From Carcharhinus longimanus (taxonomy: Eukaryota): a stretch of 64,000 bases of DNA. The notes beneath the pieces are model-generated. The model did no database searches. It saw only the letters and a program-made list of their open reading frames with translations, and was not told where the DNA came from. Every line of letters begins with the position of its first letter. Position 1 is the stretch's first letter. The stretch is taken from assembly GCA_030264375.1 (NCBI GenBank), contig JASCQW010000142.1:43660096-43724095 (forward strand). Direction: 5' to 3'. The position numbers were made by a program, and so were the translations under genes. Below, one piece after another: positions 1 to 12,140 of this stretch.

Positions 1-1221
1 CTACCGTTAACTGAGTAAGTCCTGTCCTGGTTCAGTCTACCGAAATGCATTACCTCGCATTTGTCTAAATTAAACTCCATCTGCCATTCGGCAGCCCACT
101 GGCCCAACTGATCAGGATCTCATTGCAATTGGAGATAACTTTCTTCACTGTCTGCTACGCCACCAATCTTAGTATCATCTGCAAATTTACTAACCATGCC
201 TCCTATATTCGCATCCAATTTATTAATGTAAATGACAAAACAGTGGACCCAGCACTGATCCCTAAGGCACACCACAGGTCACAGGCCTCCAGTTTGAACA
301 ACAATTCTCTACAACCACCCTTTGGCTTCTGTCAAGAATGATGTGGAGATGCCGGCGTTGGACTGGGGTAAAACACAGTAAGAAGTCTCACAACACCAGG
401 TTAAAGTCCAACAGGTTTATTTGGTAGCAAATGTCACTAGCTTTTGGGGCTTTGCCCCTTCGTCAGGAGCAAAGCCCTGAAAGCTAGTGGCGTTTGCTAT
501 CAAATAAACCTGTTGGATTTTAACCTGGTGTTGTGAGACATCTTACTGTGTTCTATGAGATAGCCAGTTACTTAGCCAATCGGCCAAATTTCCCTCTAGC
601 CCACACCTCCTTACTTTCTTCATGAGCTGACCATGGGGAACCTTATCAAACACCTTATTAAAATCCATGTATATGACATCAACTACTCTACCTTCATCCA
701 CACACTTAGTTACCTCCTCAAAGAATTCTACCAAATTTGTGAAGCAAGACTTACCCTTCACGAATCCATGTTGACTATCCCGGATTAAGCTGCAGCTTTC
801 CAAATGATCATAAATCCTATCCCTCAGGGCCTTTTCCATTAACTTACCGACCACCAAAGTAAGACTGACCAGCCTATAATTACCAGGGTCATTCTTACTT
901 CCTTTCTTAAAGAGTGGAGCAACATTCGCCACTCTCCAGTCCTCCAGCACTATCCCTACGGGCAGTGACGACCCAAAGAACAAAGCCAAAGGCTCTGCAA
1001 ACTCCTCCCTTGCCTCACAAACAATCCTAGGATATATCCTATCCGATCCAGGGGCTTAGGTTTTTCAAAGTGCTATCATACCTCCCCTCAGAATATCTAC
1101 CTCCTCCAGCCTATCAGCCTGAATCACATTCTCATCCTCAAAAACACGAGCCTTCTCCTCGGTGAGCACTGACGAAAAGTATTTGTTCATTGCCTCACCT
1201 ATCTCTTCTGACTCCATGCAC
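1..1221 (-). mobile_element. CR1-clade LINE ORF2 (RT) fragment, interrupted by a Penelope-derived palindrome and running into a gap
   Basis: ORF 543-989 encodes EDWRVANVAPLFKKG...NYRLVSLT...SQHGFVKGKSC.TNL.EFFE...VDVIYMDF.KVFDKVPH, a typical CR1 RT. Confidence 0.9.
340..552. mobile_element. Palindromic non-autonomous Penelope-like element (family A)
   Basis: Starts GATGTGGAGATGCCGGCGTTGGACTGGG, identical to the end of the GIY-YIG-bearing element at 52741. Positions 372-552 are a near-perfect inverted repeat. Confidence 0.8.
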
Positions 1222-2049
1222 NNNNNNNNNNNNNNNNNNNNNNNNNNNNNNNNNNNNNNNNNNNNNNNNNNNNNNNNNNNNNNNNNNNNNNNNNNNNNNN
1301 NNNNNNNNNNNNNNNNNNNNNNNNNNNNNNNNNNNNNNNNNNNNNNNNNNNNNNNNNNNNNNNNNNNNNNNNNNNNNNNNNNNNNNNNNNNNNNNNNNNN
1401 NNNNNNNNNNNNNNNNNNNNNNNNNNNNNNNNNNNNNNNNNNNNNNNNNNNNNNNNNNNNNNNNNNNNNNNNNNNNNNNNNNNNNNNNNNNNNNNNNNNN
1501 NNNNNNNNNNNNNNNNNNNNNNNNNNNNNNNNNNNNNNNNNNNNNNNNNNNNNNNNNNNNNNNNNNNNNNNNNNNNNNNNNNNNNNNNNNNNNNNNNNNN
1601 NNNNNNNNNNNNNNNNNNNNNNNNNNNNNNNNNNNNNNNNNNNNNNNNNNNNNNNNNNNNNNNNNNNNNNNNNNNNNNNNNNNNNNNNNNNNNNNNNNNN
1701 NNNNNNNNNNNNNNNNNNNNNNNNNNNNNNNNNNNNNNNNNNNNNNNNNNNNNNNNNNNNNNNNNNNNNNNNNNNNNNNNNNNNNNNNNNNNNNNNNNNN
1801 NNNNNNNNNNNNNNNNNNNNNNNNNNNNNNNNNNNNNNNNNNNNNNNNNNNNNNNNNNNNNNNNNNNNNNNNNNNNNNNNNNNNNNNNNNNNNNNNNNNN
1901 NNNNNNNNNNNNNNNNNNNNNNNNNNNNNNNNNNNNNNNNNNNNNNNNNNNNNNNNNNNNNNNNNNNNNNNNNNNNNNNNNNNNNNNNNNNNNNNNNNNN
2001 NNNNNNNNNNNNNNNNNNNNNNNNNNNNNNNNNNNNNNNNNNNNNNNNN
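1222..2049. other. Assembly gap (others at 21904-22523, 35734-35809, 56338-57155, 58458-58557, 63568-63667)
   Basis: Runs of N. Confidence 0.99.
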
Positions 2050-3099
2050 TGATATCAAATATATTTTATTTATTATCCAAGTAAATTTTAAGTATATTTT
2101 GTTGTGTGGTGTATTGCACAGCTCTGTAGCTGCACACTGAATTAAGTTTACAGATTTACTCTAAATCTGCAAGCTGCACTTTATTTGCTATTACCACATC
2201 ACAGTACAGCTCCTTCTAAAGATTTGAAGTGTGGTAAGAAAGATCCTTTAACTTCACTCAAGGACCATAAACCTTCTAAATCGTACAATTGTTTTACAGT
2301 TAATGGGTCACATTAAATTCCTTGGCTCCAGCTGTGCAAGTTTTGTCAATTTTGACCAAACCTATCTCTCGGTACTCTATTAAATGCCATAGATTTAAAT
2401 GTGATGGTTCTGTTTTGAATACTTTGAAAACATATTATCATGTCTTAATTCAAACCAAATTCCTAAAGCATAAGATGATTTAAGATGTTGCAAATCCAGT
2501 ACAATTAACTTTACTGCATCTCAAAGTTAGAGAACATTTGAGAAAATTATTGTACTATCAAGAGAACAATGCCAATCTTAATTTTTTAAAATTTTCATTC
2601 AAGTCTATTACTGTGATCTTCAAAAATTCAAGGTGAAGGTCAGGCTGCTCGATAACAAAATGAGTTAAATGTCATTTGCGATCACCCCTTTTGATAAAAC
2701 TAGAGGTAATGAAATTAAATGAAATATTATGTTAAGTACCGTTCATTTAAATCTGAACTTGGCCACAAAATTTTTTTCATGACATTGTCTTCAGTAAGTA
2801 TCTCTCTTCCGAATGCCTCTTGCCCTCCTTTGAGCAATACAAATGCAAATAAAATACAGCAACTAAAAATTATAGTTTTCACAACATTAGAAAGAGGTAG
2901 CACCTGGCTAATGCATATTTCATTCATTTTCATACCTTAATCTTTATCCCCAATTAGGAGGACAAAATGTTTAATAGGAGACCTATGGGCAAGAAATTGC
3001 AAGACTTTAAGAAGAGAAAAGCTTTTTTTTTTAAAAGGACAATTCAATTAATACAGAAAATCAAAATATGCAGAAAATATAAAAGTTGCAATGTAAATG

Positions 3100-4160
3100 A
3101 AATTTCGACCATTTGCAAAATGTTGCATTTTCTTGGCAGCGTATTTAATAATCTTTATTTTATAAATTCAATTCTGAAGAAAAAAGGTGCATGAAGGAAA
3201 GCATTGTACATTTCATTGTAAGAAAATGTTTTGCAAAGAGATAAATTGTACACCAAAAAACCATCTAACAAGTCGCAAAGGTTAGATGTCGCCTGAAAGG
3301 AAAACGAGAGTCAGCTAATAAATCAGATCAAGTTACCCTCTATCACATTTTGTTGTGATGAGCTAAGCAGACAAAAAGAGACAGATAAAATGGCGATTTA
3401 GGCAAATAAATGGCAAGTGCAATTCAACAACAGCCAACATGAGGATTTGTGAGAAAAATAGAAGAAATTACACTTGTGGAAAAGGCTGGGTGATTGCAGA
3501 AGGTAACAGGGATTAGGGTGTTCTGGCTCACAAGGCTTTAAGAGCAGTATTCAAGTGCACATTAGCACAAAAGCTAACCGAATACTGTTTTTCTTGGCAT
3601 GAAGCACAGAATGTGGTTGAAAGTGAATATATGTACAACCGATATAAAATCTCAGTTAGAGCAGCATATGTTCCATAAAATAGGAAGGATGTTGAAGCAA
3701 GAACAGTGCAGGTTCATTACAATGTTGCCTCAGTTTGAGAAAACAAAATTGAAAAATTGGGGCTCTTTCCATTAGATGATGAGTGATTTGATTAAATTGT
3801 TTAAGATTATTTAACAATAGGTAACAATAGAAAGTGTTTTTTTATATAGTGGTTGAGGGGGAAAGAATGAGGAATCGTAAATGTCCAGTGAAATGCAAGA
3901 GACTTGAGACAGAGAACGGGAGAAACTCTTATTTAACTGAGTGTTGTGCAGCTGTAGACTGTATTACTGGAGTTAATGACTGAGGCAGAGACCATATAGT
4001 TATTCAGGAATAAGTTAGACAGAAGGCAGAGAGATGGGAATAAAGGGATTATGACTACAGAGCATATGAGATGACAGCTGCTCATGTGGTGGATAAGCAG
4101 CAACACAAATTGTTTGGACCAATCTACAAGTTTCGGTGTTGCAATTTCTATGCAATTCTA
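3100..4160 (+). mobile_element. Old degenerate CR1 LINE 3' portion
   Basis: Decayed CR1 motifs (aaatggcaagtgcaattcaa; agggattagggtgttctgg; gagtgatttgattaaattgtttaagatta) and a 3' tail near 4100-4160. Confidence 0.55.
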
Positions 4161-7100
4161 TGAAGGTTTGCTGTTTATCCTCTTTGATGAGGAACAGTGT
4201 GCAGGATAAATTTAGGTGGTGAGCAAAAAAAATGTCTAGGGACAAAAGTAAACAGTGACTCGGGCAACTTTACGGAACCTGTAATTTTAACTCAACATTT
4301 ATTTTCTTTTAGGCAACGAAATTTCTCTCAGGACACCAAAAATAATGCTTATTTTATGTTAAACACTTGGAAAATGGAAACAAAAGGCACTGAATGGTTT
4401 ATCGATAATTTTCCTCTGCCCAGTGAGACAGTTTATGAATTCTGACATTTTAAATGCTACCAACAAACTTTTATAAAAGGAAAATGACCTACCTTTAGTA
4501 CGGCGCTCTTCATCCTTTATAAATAACCATAACTTCCACAAATATAAAATTATATCTTTAAAACACATCAACTAGGAGAAATTACAAACATTTTGCACTA
4601 CAAGTAACAAGCTTCCTAGCCAAACGCTACATGAAATAACTATCTGCAAATTTTCCAATATTTTTAAATGAATGCGGTCCTGTTATGTAAACGATGGTTA
4701 TAAGACAAAAGAAAGATAACTAAAATTAAGGCTCTGAAAATTAATCAAGTATCTGGAACAAATATTAAATCAACAGGTGATAAACTTCCAATTTCTTTCT
4801 GGACCTTACAAATGAAGAATCATGAAATTTCTTGAGATTTATTTGGACTTCAGAAAAATCCAATCAACGTAGGAAATTTAGGATATGGTGCATGATTAAA
4901 AGATGTTAGACTAAAACGAGAAAAAATCAAATACTAACAAATGTAGTGCAGAGTGGTCAAACTACAATAATCAAGTGCTGCAACAGGTCAGTGCTTAGTC
5001 CTACTATGTGCATCTAAGTGAACTGAAGAAAAAAATTCTAAGTTCATCTTATGAAGTTCACAAACAGAAAACGTGAAAGAACAGTGAGGGCAGAAAATGC
5101 TGTTAATTTGAAGGGACAGTTAAAACAACTTCAATAATTGGTTAGGGGATCAATGAAATTCAATACTGACAAAACTATTACATATTTGTTAGAAAGGTAA
5201 CATTAGCACAGGGAGACTGAGAAAGGGATTGGGACTAACAAAGGATTCATTTTCAACGTTGATACCGTGCTAAACAAACCCAAAGGCATAAACATGGTAT
5301 AAAAATTAAAGTCCAAGTCTAGAGAGATTATGCAGTCTTTATAACTGGGTACTCGAGTCACAAAACAGCATTGTGCACCTGAGTTAAACATGGTTTTTAA
5401 ATAAAGAACATCCGAATTCTTCTTGCTTTACTATTTTTCCAATCTTTCCGTATTTGTTTCAGCCTTTTAAGGAGAATTGAGGAGCATACACTTACCTGGT
5501 TTATTTTCTCTTCCTGCAACCACTACCTTTGGAATGTTGGACCAGTTCTTCTTAGAGGTTTAAGAACTGAAAATTAGGTTTTTGTTGGCCAATAAAATTT
5601 CAGGCGCTGGCAGTTGACATAGCTGATAAAATATGGGGGCCAATTCCAATTGACAAACCAAGATTGAAAATTAGGTGATAGTGGCTATAAGAAACTAATA
5701 ATTGCGGCCAAGATTATTAGATGAGAGATAGTGATATCTAATGGAATTATGGACATTAGAATATAGGCATAATTTATAAGGACTGAGCTTTTGTTTTATC
5801 TGATATTCAAATTCGGTCAGTTGATAACAATGGCTGCAATATATTAAGCAGCAAATGCATGAAGGAGTTTCGATCAGTAAAACTTGGAGCTCCGATGTTG
5901 AAATAGGTTGGTGCTTCAAAGAATTCCTCCCAGTGGAATCGGTATTTGATCTGAGTAACCAGTTGGAAGAAGAAATCAGGTTTTTGGGCTTGGTATTTAG
6001 GAATATTAAAAATATGGTACACAGGTTAAGGCAGTCAACTTTGCGCTATGAAAAACAAAAACATTAAATGTCGAAAATACAAGCGTACAAGAAATCACAG
6101 CCTCAGAAGATACACATATGAAGTTTTTTGAGGCCAGATGAAAATTGTTTTTGTAGCTCATCCTTCATGCTCTTTCCTAGAATCTTAAAGCCATAATATA
6201 AACTCCAATGGAGATCAATGAAGAACTGCAACAGTTCTTCATTGATCTTCTGCAAATAAACTTGTAATTAAAAAAAAATCAGGTTGAATGCCATTGTGGA
6301 ACCAGCTCCACAACAGGTATTTTAAGTTAGTTTGTCCCCTAGTTCAATCTTTCTATTTCAAAGAAAGTCAGCAGATATACCAGTAAATCGCCTCTGTAAA
6401 ATAAAATGATAGCTTTGGCTGTGCTTTAGATTGATATATACCACATGCAAGTACAAAATAAATAAGATCACGTCTCAAGGAAGACAGATCTATCTTTTTG
6501 CAGTCTGCATAGAGTGATGCCAACAGCATTACATTGTCTCTCTGGCCAATTCCAAGCTCCTTTGCAGGTGAGGTTAGTTTAATAACAAAATATCTGATTG
6601 TTTTATGATTTATGGGGGCAAATACAAATTTTTCATCAATAATTTGAGCTGTATGTTTCTATGCTTAAGATGAGTTGGAGTCAGTAACAAAATACAACAA
6701 AAGCTAGTGGTCCTAGCCTCCTTAGACCTGCCCTGTACAGAAATGAACCAAGCTTCAACAGATGAAGGTTATTTGCTAAGGAAAAGACAGATTTGATCCA
6801 AAGGCAACAATAACAAAATTCTCAACAGCTTCCTTGGTTTAATCAAATGTTAATTTGGATATGAGGTGTCACAATTTCAACGAATGTGATTTGTCCCCAA
6901 CAAGCGATAAGGCTAAAAATCAGAGTTCTTGAGCAACTTGGCTTCCTCCTATTATCTTCCCACTCTAAACATCTTGTATCTAATGCACAAAAGTATTCAA
7001 TTTCAAAATGGAATAACGTTCACATGGCTTACTTTAGAAACCAATAAAGTCACTCCTCTGTTCAAGTCCTACAACATTCCATACACACTTAACAGGCTTT

Positions 7101-7609
7101 CTCAACTTCTACTTCTAGAGTTATGCCAATTATAATGGCTTGTACTTGTGGGAAACACAACATGGTGCTTACAGGAGACTCAGTGAATCAATAGAAAAAC
7201 AAGACTTGAGTCATTGGGTGTGACAGAAGTCCAGTAAGAGATAGGTTTGAGGGATTTTTCAAAAAAGGGGAAGAGATTTGGAAAGAGAATTCCAGAGTAC
7301 AATTCTGTTCATCATTAATTCCAAGAGTTCCTTGCATTAGTATGAAAAAAAGTTAAATTTATTCTAAAACATCTTATCATTCTCTAATTATTATATTTTG
7401 TGTTGTTTCTTCGGAGCATGGTCTTCGGGCCTCACCACAAACTCCCTTCCCTAGCTACCATCACCATTCTGCTTCCCACCAAATGTCTAGGACTGAATCA
7501 GACTGTTCGCAACATTGGTATCATATTTTATGCAGATGAACTTTGACTATATCTGCACCATCTCTTTCCACCTGCAACACAACTTAGTCCTACCTCATTC
7601 CAAAGAAAC

Positions 7610-8090
7610 ATACAGAATAAATCACCAGCCCCTTGAATCTGTTCCACCATTTAATACAATCATAGCTGATCTTGTATTAAAACTCACCTTCCCACGATAT
7701 CCCAATATTCTTTATCCCCTAGTATCCAAAATTCAAAGTACATGTTCAACATATTTAGTAACTGAGCATCCATAGCCCTCGGGAGGGAAGATTCTAAAGA
7801 TCTATAACCCTCTCAAAGTAATTTCTCCACTCAGTCTGAGTAATGGTCAACACATTATTCTGAAACTGTGACCTCTTATTTCAGACCCCCAAAACAGGAC
7901 CATCTGCCCTCCACCTACCTTATCAATCTCTTTCAAGAATCTTATGATGTGGAGAAGCCAGCGTCGGACTGGGGTGGGAATGCTGTGTTTCAATTAGATC
8001 ATCTCTCATTCTTCTCAATTACAGAGAACAGATTGTTTACTCAATCTCTCCTCATAGAACAATCCCCTCACTCTAAGGAATCATCTAGTT
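7610..8090 (-). mobile_element. CR1 LINE 3' end fragment
   Basis: Reverse of the CR1 tail (cagccccttgaatctgttccaccatttaatacaatcatagctgatc) followed by C-terminal ORF2-like sequence. Confidence 0.6.
7946..7978. mobile_element. Short terminal fragment of Penelope family A nested in CR1
   Basis: gatgtggagaagccagcgtcggactggggt matches the terminus seen at 340 and 52741. Confidence 0.6.
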
Positions 8091-8380
8091 CTGAAACCTT
8101 CCTCCATGCCCTCGTTCCAATACACTCCTCACCATCCTCCCAACTTCCACACTCCACAAACTTGTTACCCAAAACGCTGTTGCCAGTCTGCTAACTCACA
8201 CTGAGTCCCTATTCATCCATTGTGCTCACTTAAGCAACTCTTCAACTTTAAAAGTGATTTCCTAAACCATAATTTTCATCGCTCATATAGTTTGGTGTCA
8301 GATGTTGTTTGACAGCACATACATGAAATGCATAGAAAGGTTGAACTATATTAAAGATGCTATATAAATAGAAATTATTG
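8090..8380 (+). mobile_element. L2-clade LINE 3' fragment
   Basis: ctgaaaccttcctccatgccctc... ending in an L2-like tail, attaaagatgctatataaatagaaattattg. Confidence 0.5.
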
Positions 8381-11300
8381 CTCCTCAATTGACCAAAAGT
8401 AATTAGAAGTGCAGACAAAAGTAGAGCACATTGTTTGTGGGAGGAAAAGGTTGACTGACCAAATGGACTGTTTGTACTCTGTGGTTTACATTAAATCAAA
8501 CTTGAACAAGTGCTCTGGGAATAAACTGGAGTAGTTGCTGATACCAGTAATCTACAGATGTCTTGCTTGCTTCAAAATTTTCACTGTGGACCCAGTTCCA
8601 AAAATCAATTACCGAAGAGTGGAGATGTTATGCAAAGACTTTCATGCCTTGTGTATCACATTCCAGTGCTTTAGCCATCTTCAAAATGTCATTCTAGCTT
8701 TCAATAAACATTTTCACATTTCATGGATGCTAAAACTTAACAGGACTTATTGGTCAAAACCAGAATGAAGCTTCTAGTTAATATTTTGAGTTTATCATGT
8801 TGTTCTGTGAAGCAGGCTTGTGGTGTGTGTGTCTGTGTGTGTAAAACTAATTTAATTAGAGGACAGTTTGTCTGCAAGGTTTAGGACAAAAAAGTTGAGG
8901 TATGAAAGGCATGCATTTGAAGTAAACCTGGCCCCAAGCTGAATTTCCTGTAAGCAAGCATAGAGTGGATAGAAATTTGCATTACAGGTAAGATGCTGTT
9001 GTTTTCAGTTGTAAAATTTCAAATGGAAGTAAAAACTTGTTTACAGCTTCCAACAGTTTCATAAATGAACAAGACAGGGTTATTCAATTTTACTTAACTT
9101 GTAATTGGGAGCAATGGGGAAAATATGAAAGATTTTTCTATTCTGGGAAAATCAAGTTTCAAAATAAGGCTATGCAGAATGGAATCCAGATAAAGAGGAA
9201 AAGAGTACTTGAGGAGAAATGTGGAGAAGTGGATTTGGGAATAGTGATGCGAGGCCTCTTGGCATGCCACTCTGTGCTGGGAAAAGAGCTGAAGTAGCCT
9301 TCCACTTAAGCCCAAAAAATGTTTGTTTTTCCAGAAAGCAGGGTTTGTTCTGAAGTTTCTTGAATTTCCACAGCAGACTGGGAGTGAATGAGACCCTGAA
9401 ATACATCTTTCTTAAAGCATCAGTGGGTTTGCCTTGTGGGAATATTATTGGAACTTTTATAAACATCTCTAAGAGGTTGTTGCCTAAAAGGTGTTTACTT
9501 GAAAGTCTGGCTAAGTGGAAAGCATTTTTGGGAGAACAACCTGAAAACTAATTTTAACACTCCATATACAATCTGGTGTGTTTAAGTTTCTTTTGTTATA
9601 AATGTTTGGATTTACTGTTTATAATTCCAAAAGTATTCTTGGAAATTGTGGCATTTGAATTCAGCAAACTCATTTTCTCCTGGTCGGGACACAAAGAGCT
9701 GTGCTTCATTGGCCAAGTTTCTCTTCGGGATTTGGTCTTTGTGGTAATTACCATCTGTCGGATCATAAACCAAGGTAGAAAGCATCTGTTGTCTTACCCA
9801 GAACCTGAGTAGGCCAGAGATAAGTTGCCTTCTTCGCTATGTGAAATACGTATCTCAAAACAAAAATTTCCAATTATCCAACATTAGGTAGACAAAAAAA
9901 GTTAGCAAAAAAGAAAAGGAGTTAGTGCATAAAAATCAGAACATGAGGTGAAGCCTTGTTGATTCATGAATAACAGGGCATAGATGAAAAAAGGAGCGAT
10001 GTTGAGAGCTATGTTTGGGAATAGCCACGTGAAGCCTCTTGGTATGCTGCTCTGTGTTGGGAAAACTACTGAGGCAGCCTTTCAGCTAAGGCCTAAAGTA
10101 CTTTTTTCCATCAAGCATGGTTTTGTTTTTATGTTATTTCTTTCCCATATACAGATACTTCAAAGAGACAGAACATTACCTGTGGCTGAGTGAGAGAATG
10201 CAATTTTAAACATAACTCGAGGCTTAGTGCTGACCAAGAAGGACAGTGAAACAACTGTAGCCAAAATGTAAAAAGTTATAAAAAGTCACAGACGTATTTG
10301 CTCTCAATCACTTACCATTGCATATATGACGTGGAATTCCTATTATCCAGCAGAATGTAGACATTGTCTGCTTTTCCATTTCCCCGCAGCCACTGTCCCA
10401 GCCTTCCCAGTAGATAATGGAAATTGTGTGATAACCAAGGGTCGCAAAATGTTGGTTTAAACATATGGAGGAGCAATAGGCTAGTTGTGCAACTGAAATA
10501 ACATTCAATTTGATCTATCCTGATTTATGTGGCTGATTTATGTCGGACAGGTGGAATCTGGAGTTGGCAGCTGTGCAATGAATCAATGGGTGCGTGCAAA
10601 GTTCCATCTCAAGAAATCCAATAGATAACTGAAGTGCAGATAATAAAGGCTCCCCAGTGCATAGTTATTTTTTGAGAGATGTAATTTCTTTTAAAAGAGG
10701 TTTCATATCAGAAGAAAAGTTCAATGAACATAATTCTGAAATCCATCTTTGCTCCACCTCCCAGATTCTTGGCATCGGACAGAGCAAAGAAAAGTGATTT
10801 TAAAATGAATGTCAGTTCCTTAAATAGGGAAAATGGCCAAATCTGAGACACCTGCACATTTATCTTAAAAACTGTTAGCAAGGTCTGCATGCTTGGAGAT
10901 GTGAAAACTGGTTACTTGTTTATTATAGCAGGCAGACAATATGATACAGGGCAGGGGTCAGAAATCTGCCGCTCCAGAGTCACAGGCAATTTAACATTCA
11001 CTTGTGGCTCCCAGCCTTTATCGGCTGGTACTCATTTTCATGAAGAAACATCATAAATATTAAGTTCAGTTAATGTCCAAAGAACTAGAAGAAAACAGTT
11101 CCCCTGTGGGAAACTAAAGTTAGTGATCCTGATAAATTTCACAGATTGAAATGATTTTCTCAACGAAAACAGCATCACGCTTGAAATAAACTTCTTTGGT
11201 TTGTACGTCTAAGCACTGGTTATAGCTAAGCACTTGGGTTCAAGGTTGTGACATTAATGTTCCAGATATAGCTGAAAATAAATTCTGAATGCTATAAACT

Positions 11301-11939
11301 TGGTATCAGGAGAATCCATGGGCTGGAAAGCTGTCACTGTCCTCAACATTTAAAGCATTGGCAATTATTTATTAGAGTACTTGCACTGTTGGAGGAGCTA
11401 CTCTCCTATTTATTAAGCCAAGTTCAATCGTAGCTCCTGACACTAATCACTAACAGGTCAAGGTGAAACATTAAAAAACTGTCACATTGAAATTACCATC
11501 TCCCCATTCTGGCTACACTTAGGAAACGGATTTGATGCTTTTTTAGTGGTTTAATTTTTACTGCTTCAGGGACAATACCCAGAAAAATTAGTTGGCTCAA
11601 AATATATGCAGACTAGTTTATGAAAAAGGCCGTAAAGCACAAGAATAAAAAAGCAATGATGGTATTGGTTAAGTTACAACTGGAGTACTTTGTGGGGTCC
11701 TAGGCACTCAATTAAGAAAAAAAACAATGAATATTTTTAGTGTGTAGAATTACCAAGAGCAGCGGCCAGAGATGGCTGGACCATTTCCATTGAGGGAAGA
11801 TTTAACAAATGCTGGTCATAACAGGGAGTGGTACTACCAATTAAAAAATTACAAATTAGAGAACGAAGAAAGCGTTTAAGAGAAATTTCTTCACACAGTG
11901 AATTGCTGAGGTATGGATTGTTTTGCAGCATCTTGGCAA

Positions 11940-12140
11940 TCTTTTGCTCCTTTCGTCATATATCTCCCATTTTTCACCCCATCACAGATGTTCTTTTTCC
12001 ATCCTCCCCATGTGGCCGACTTAAAGCCTATTACATTACTTCTCCAAGTTCTGAAGAAGGATTATCGATCTGAAACATTAACAGTTTCTCTCTCCAGAGA
12101 TGCTGACAGTCTTGCTGAGTATGTCTCGCGGTCTGTTTTT
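11940..12140 (+). mobile_element. Penelope-like element 3' end (family B) with hammerhead-like core
   Basis: Pyrimidine-rich stretch, then CTGAAGA-AGGATTATCGATCT-GAAAC and a tail (tttctctctccagagatgctgacagtcttgctgag) homologous to the arms at 55388-55576. Confidence 0.6.

Noticed and set aside
1162-2140. Long 287-316 aa ORFs (also 21814-22671 and 56290-57312)
   Set aside because: They are runs of X produced by translating assembly gaps.
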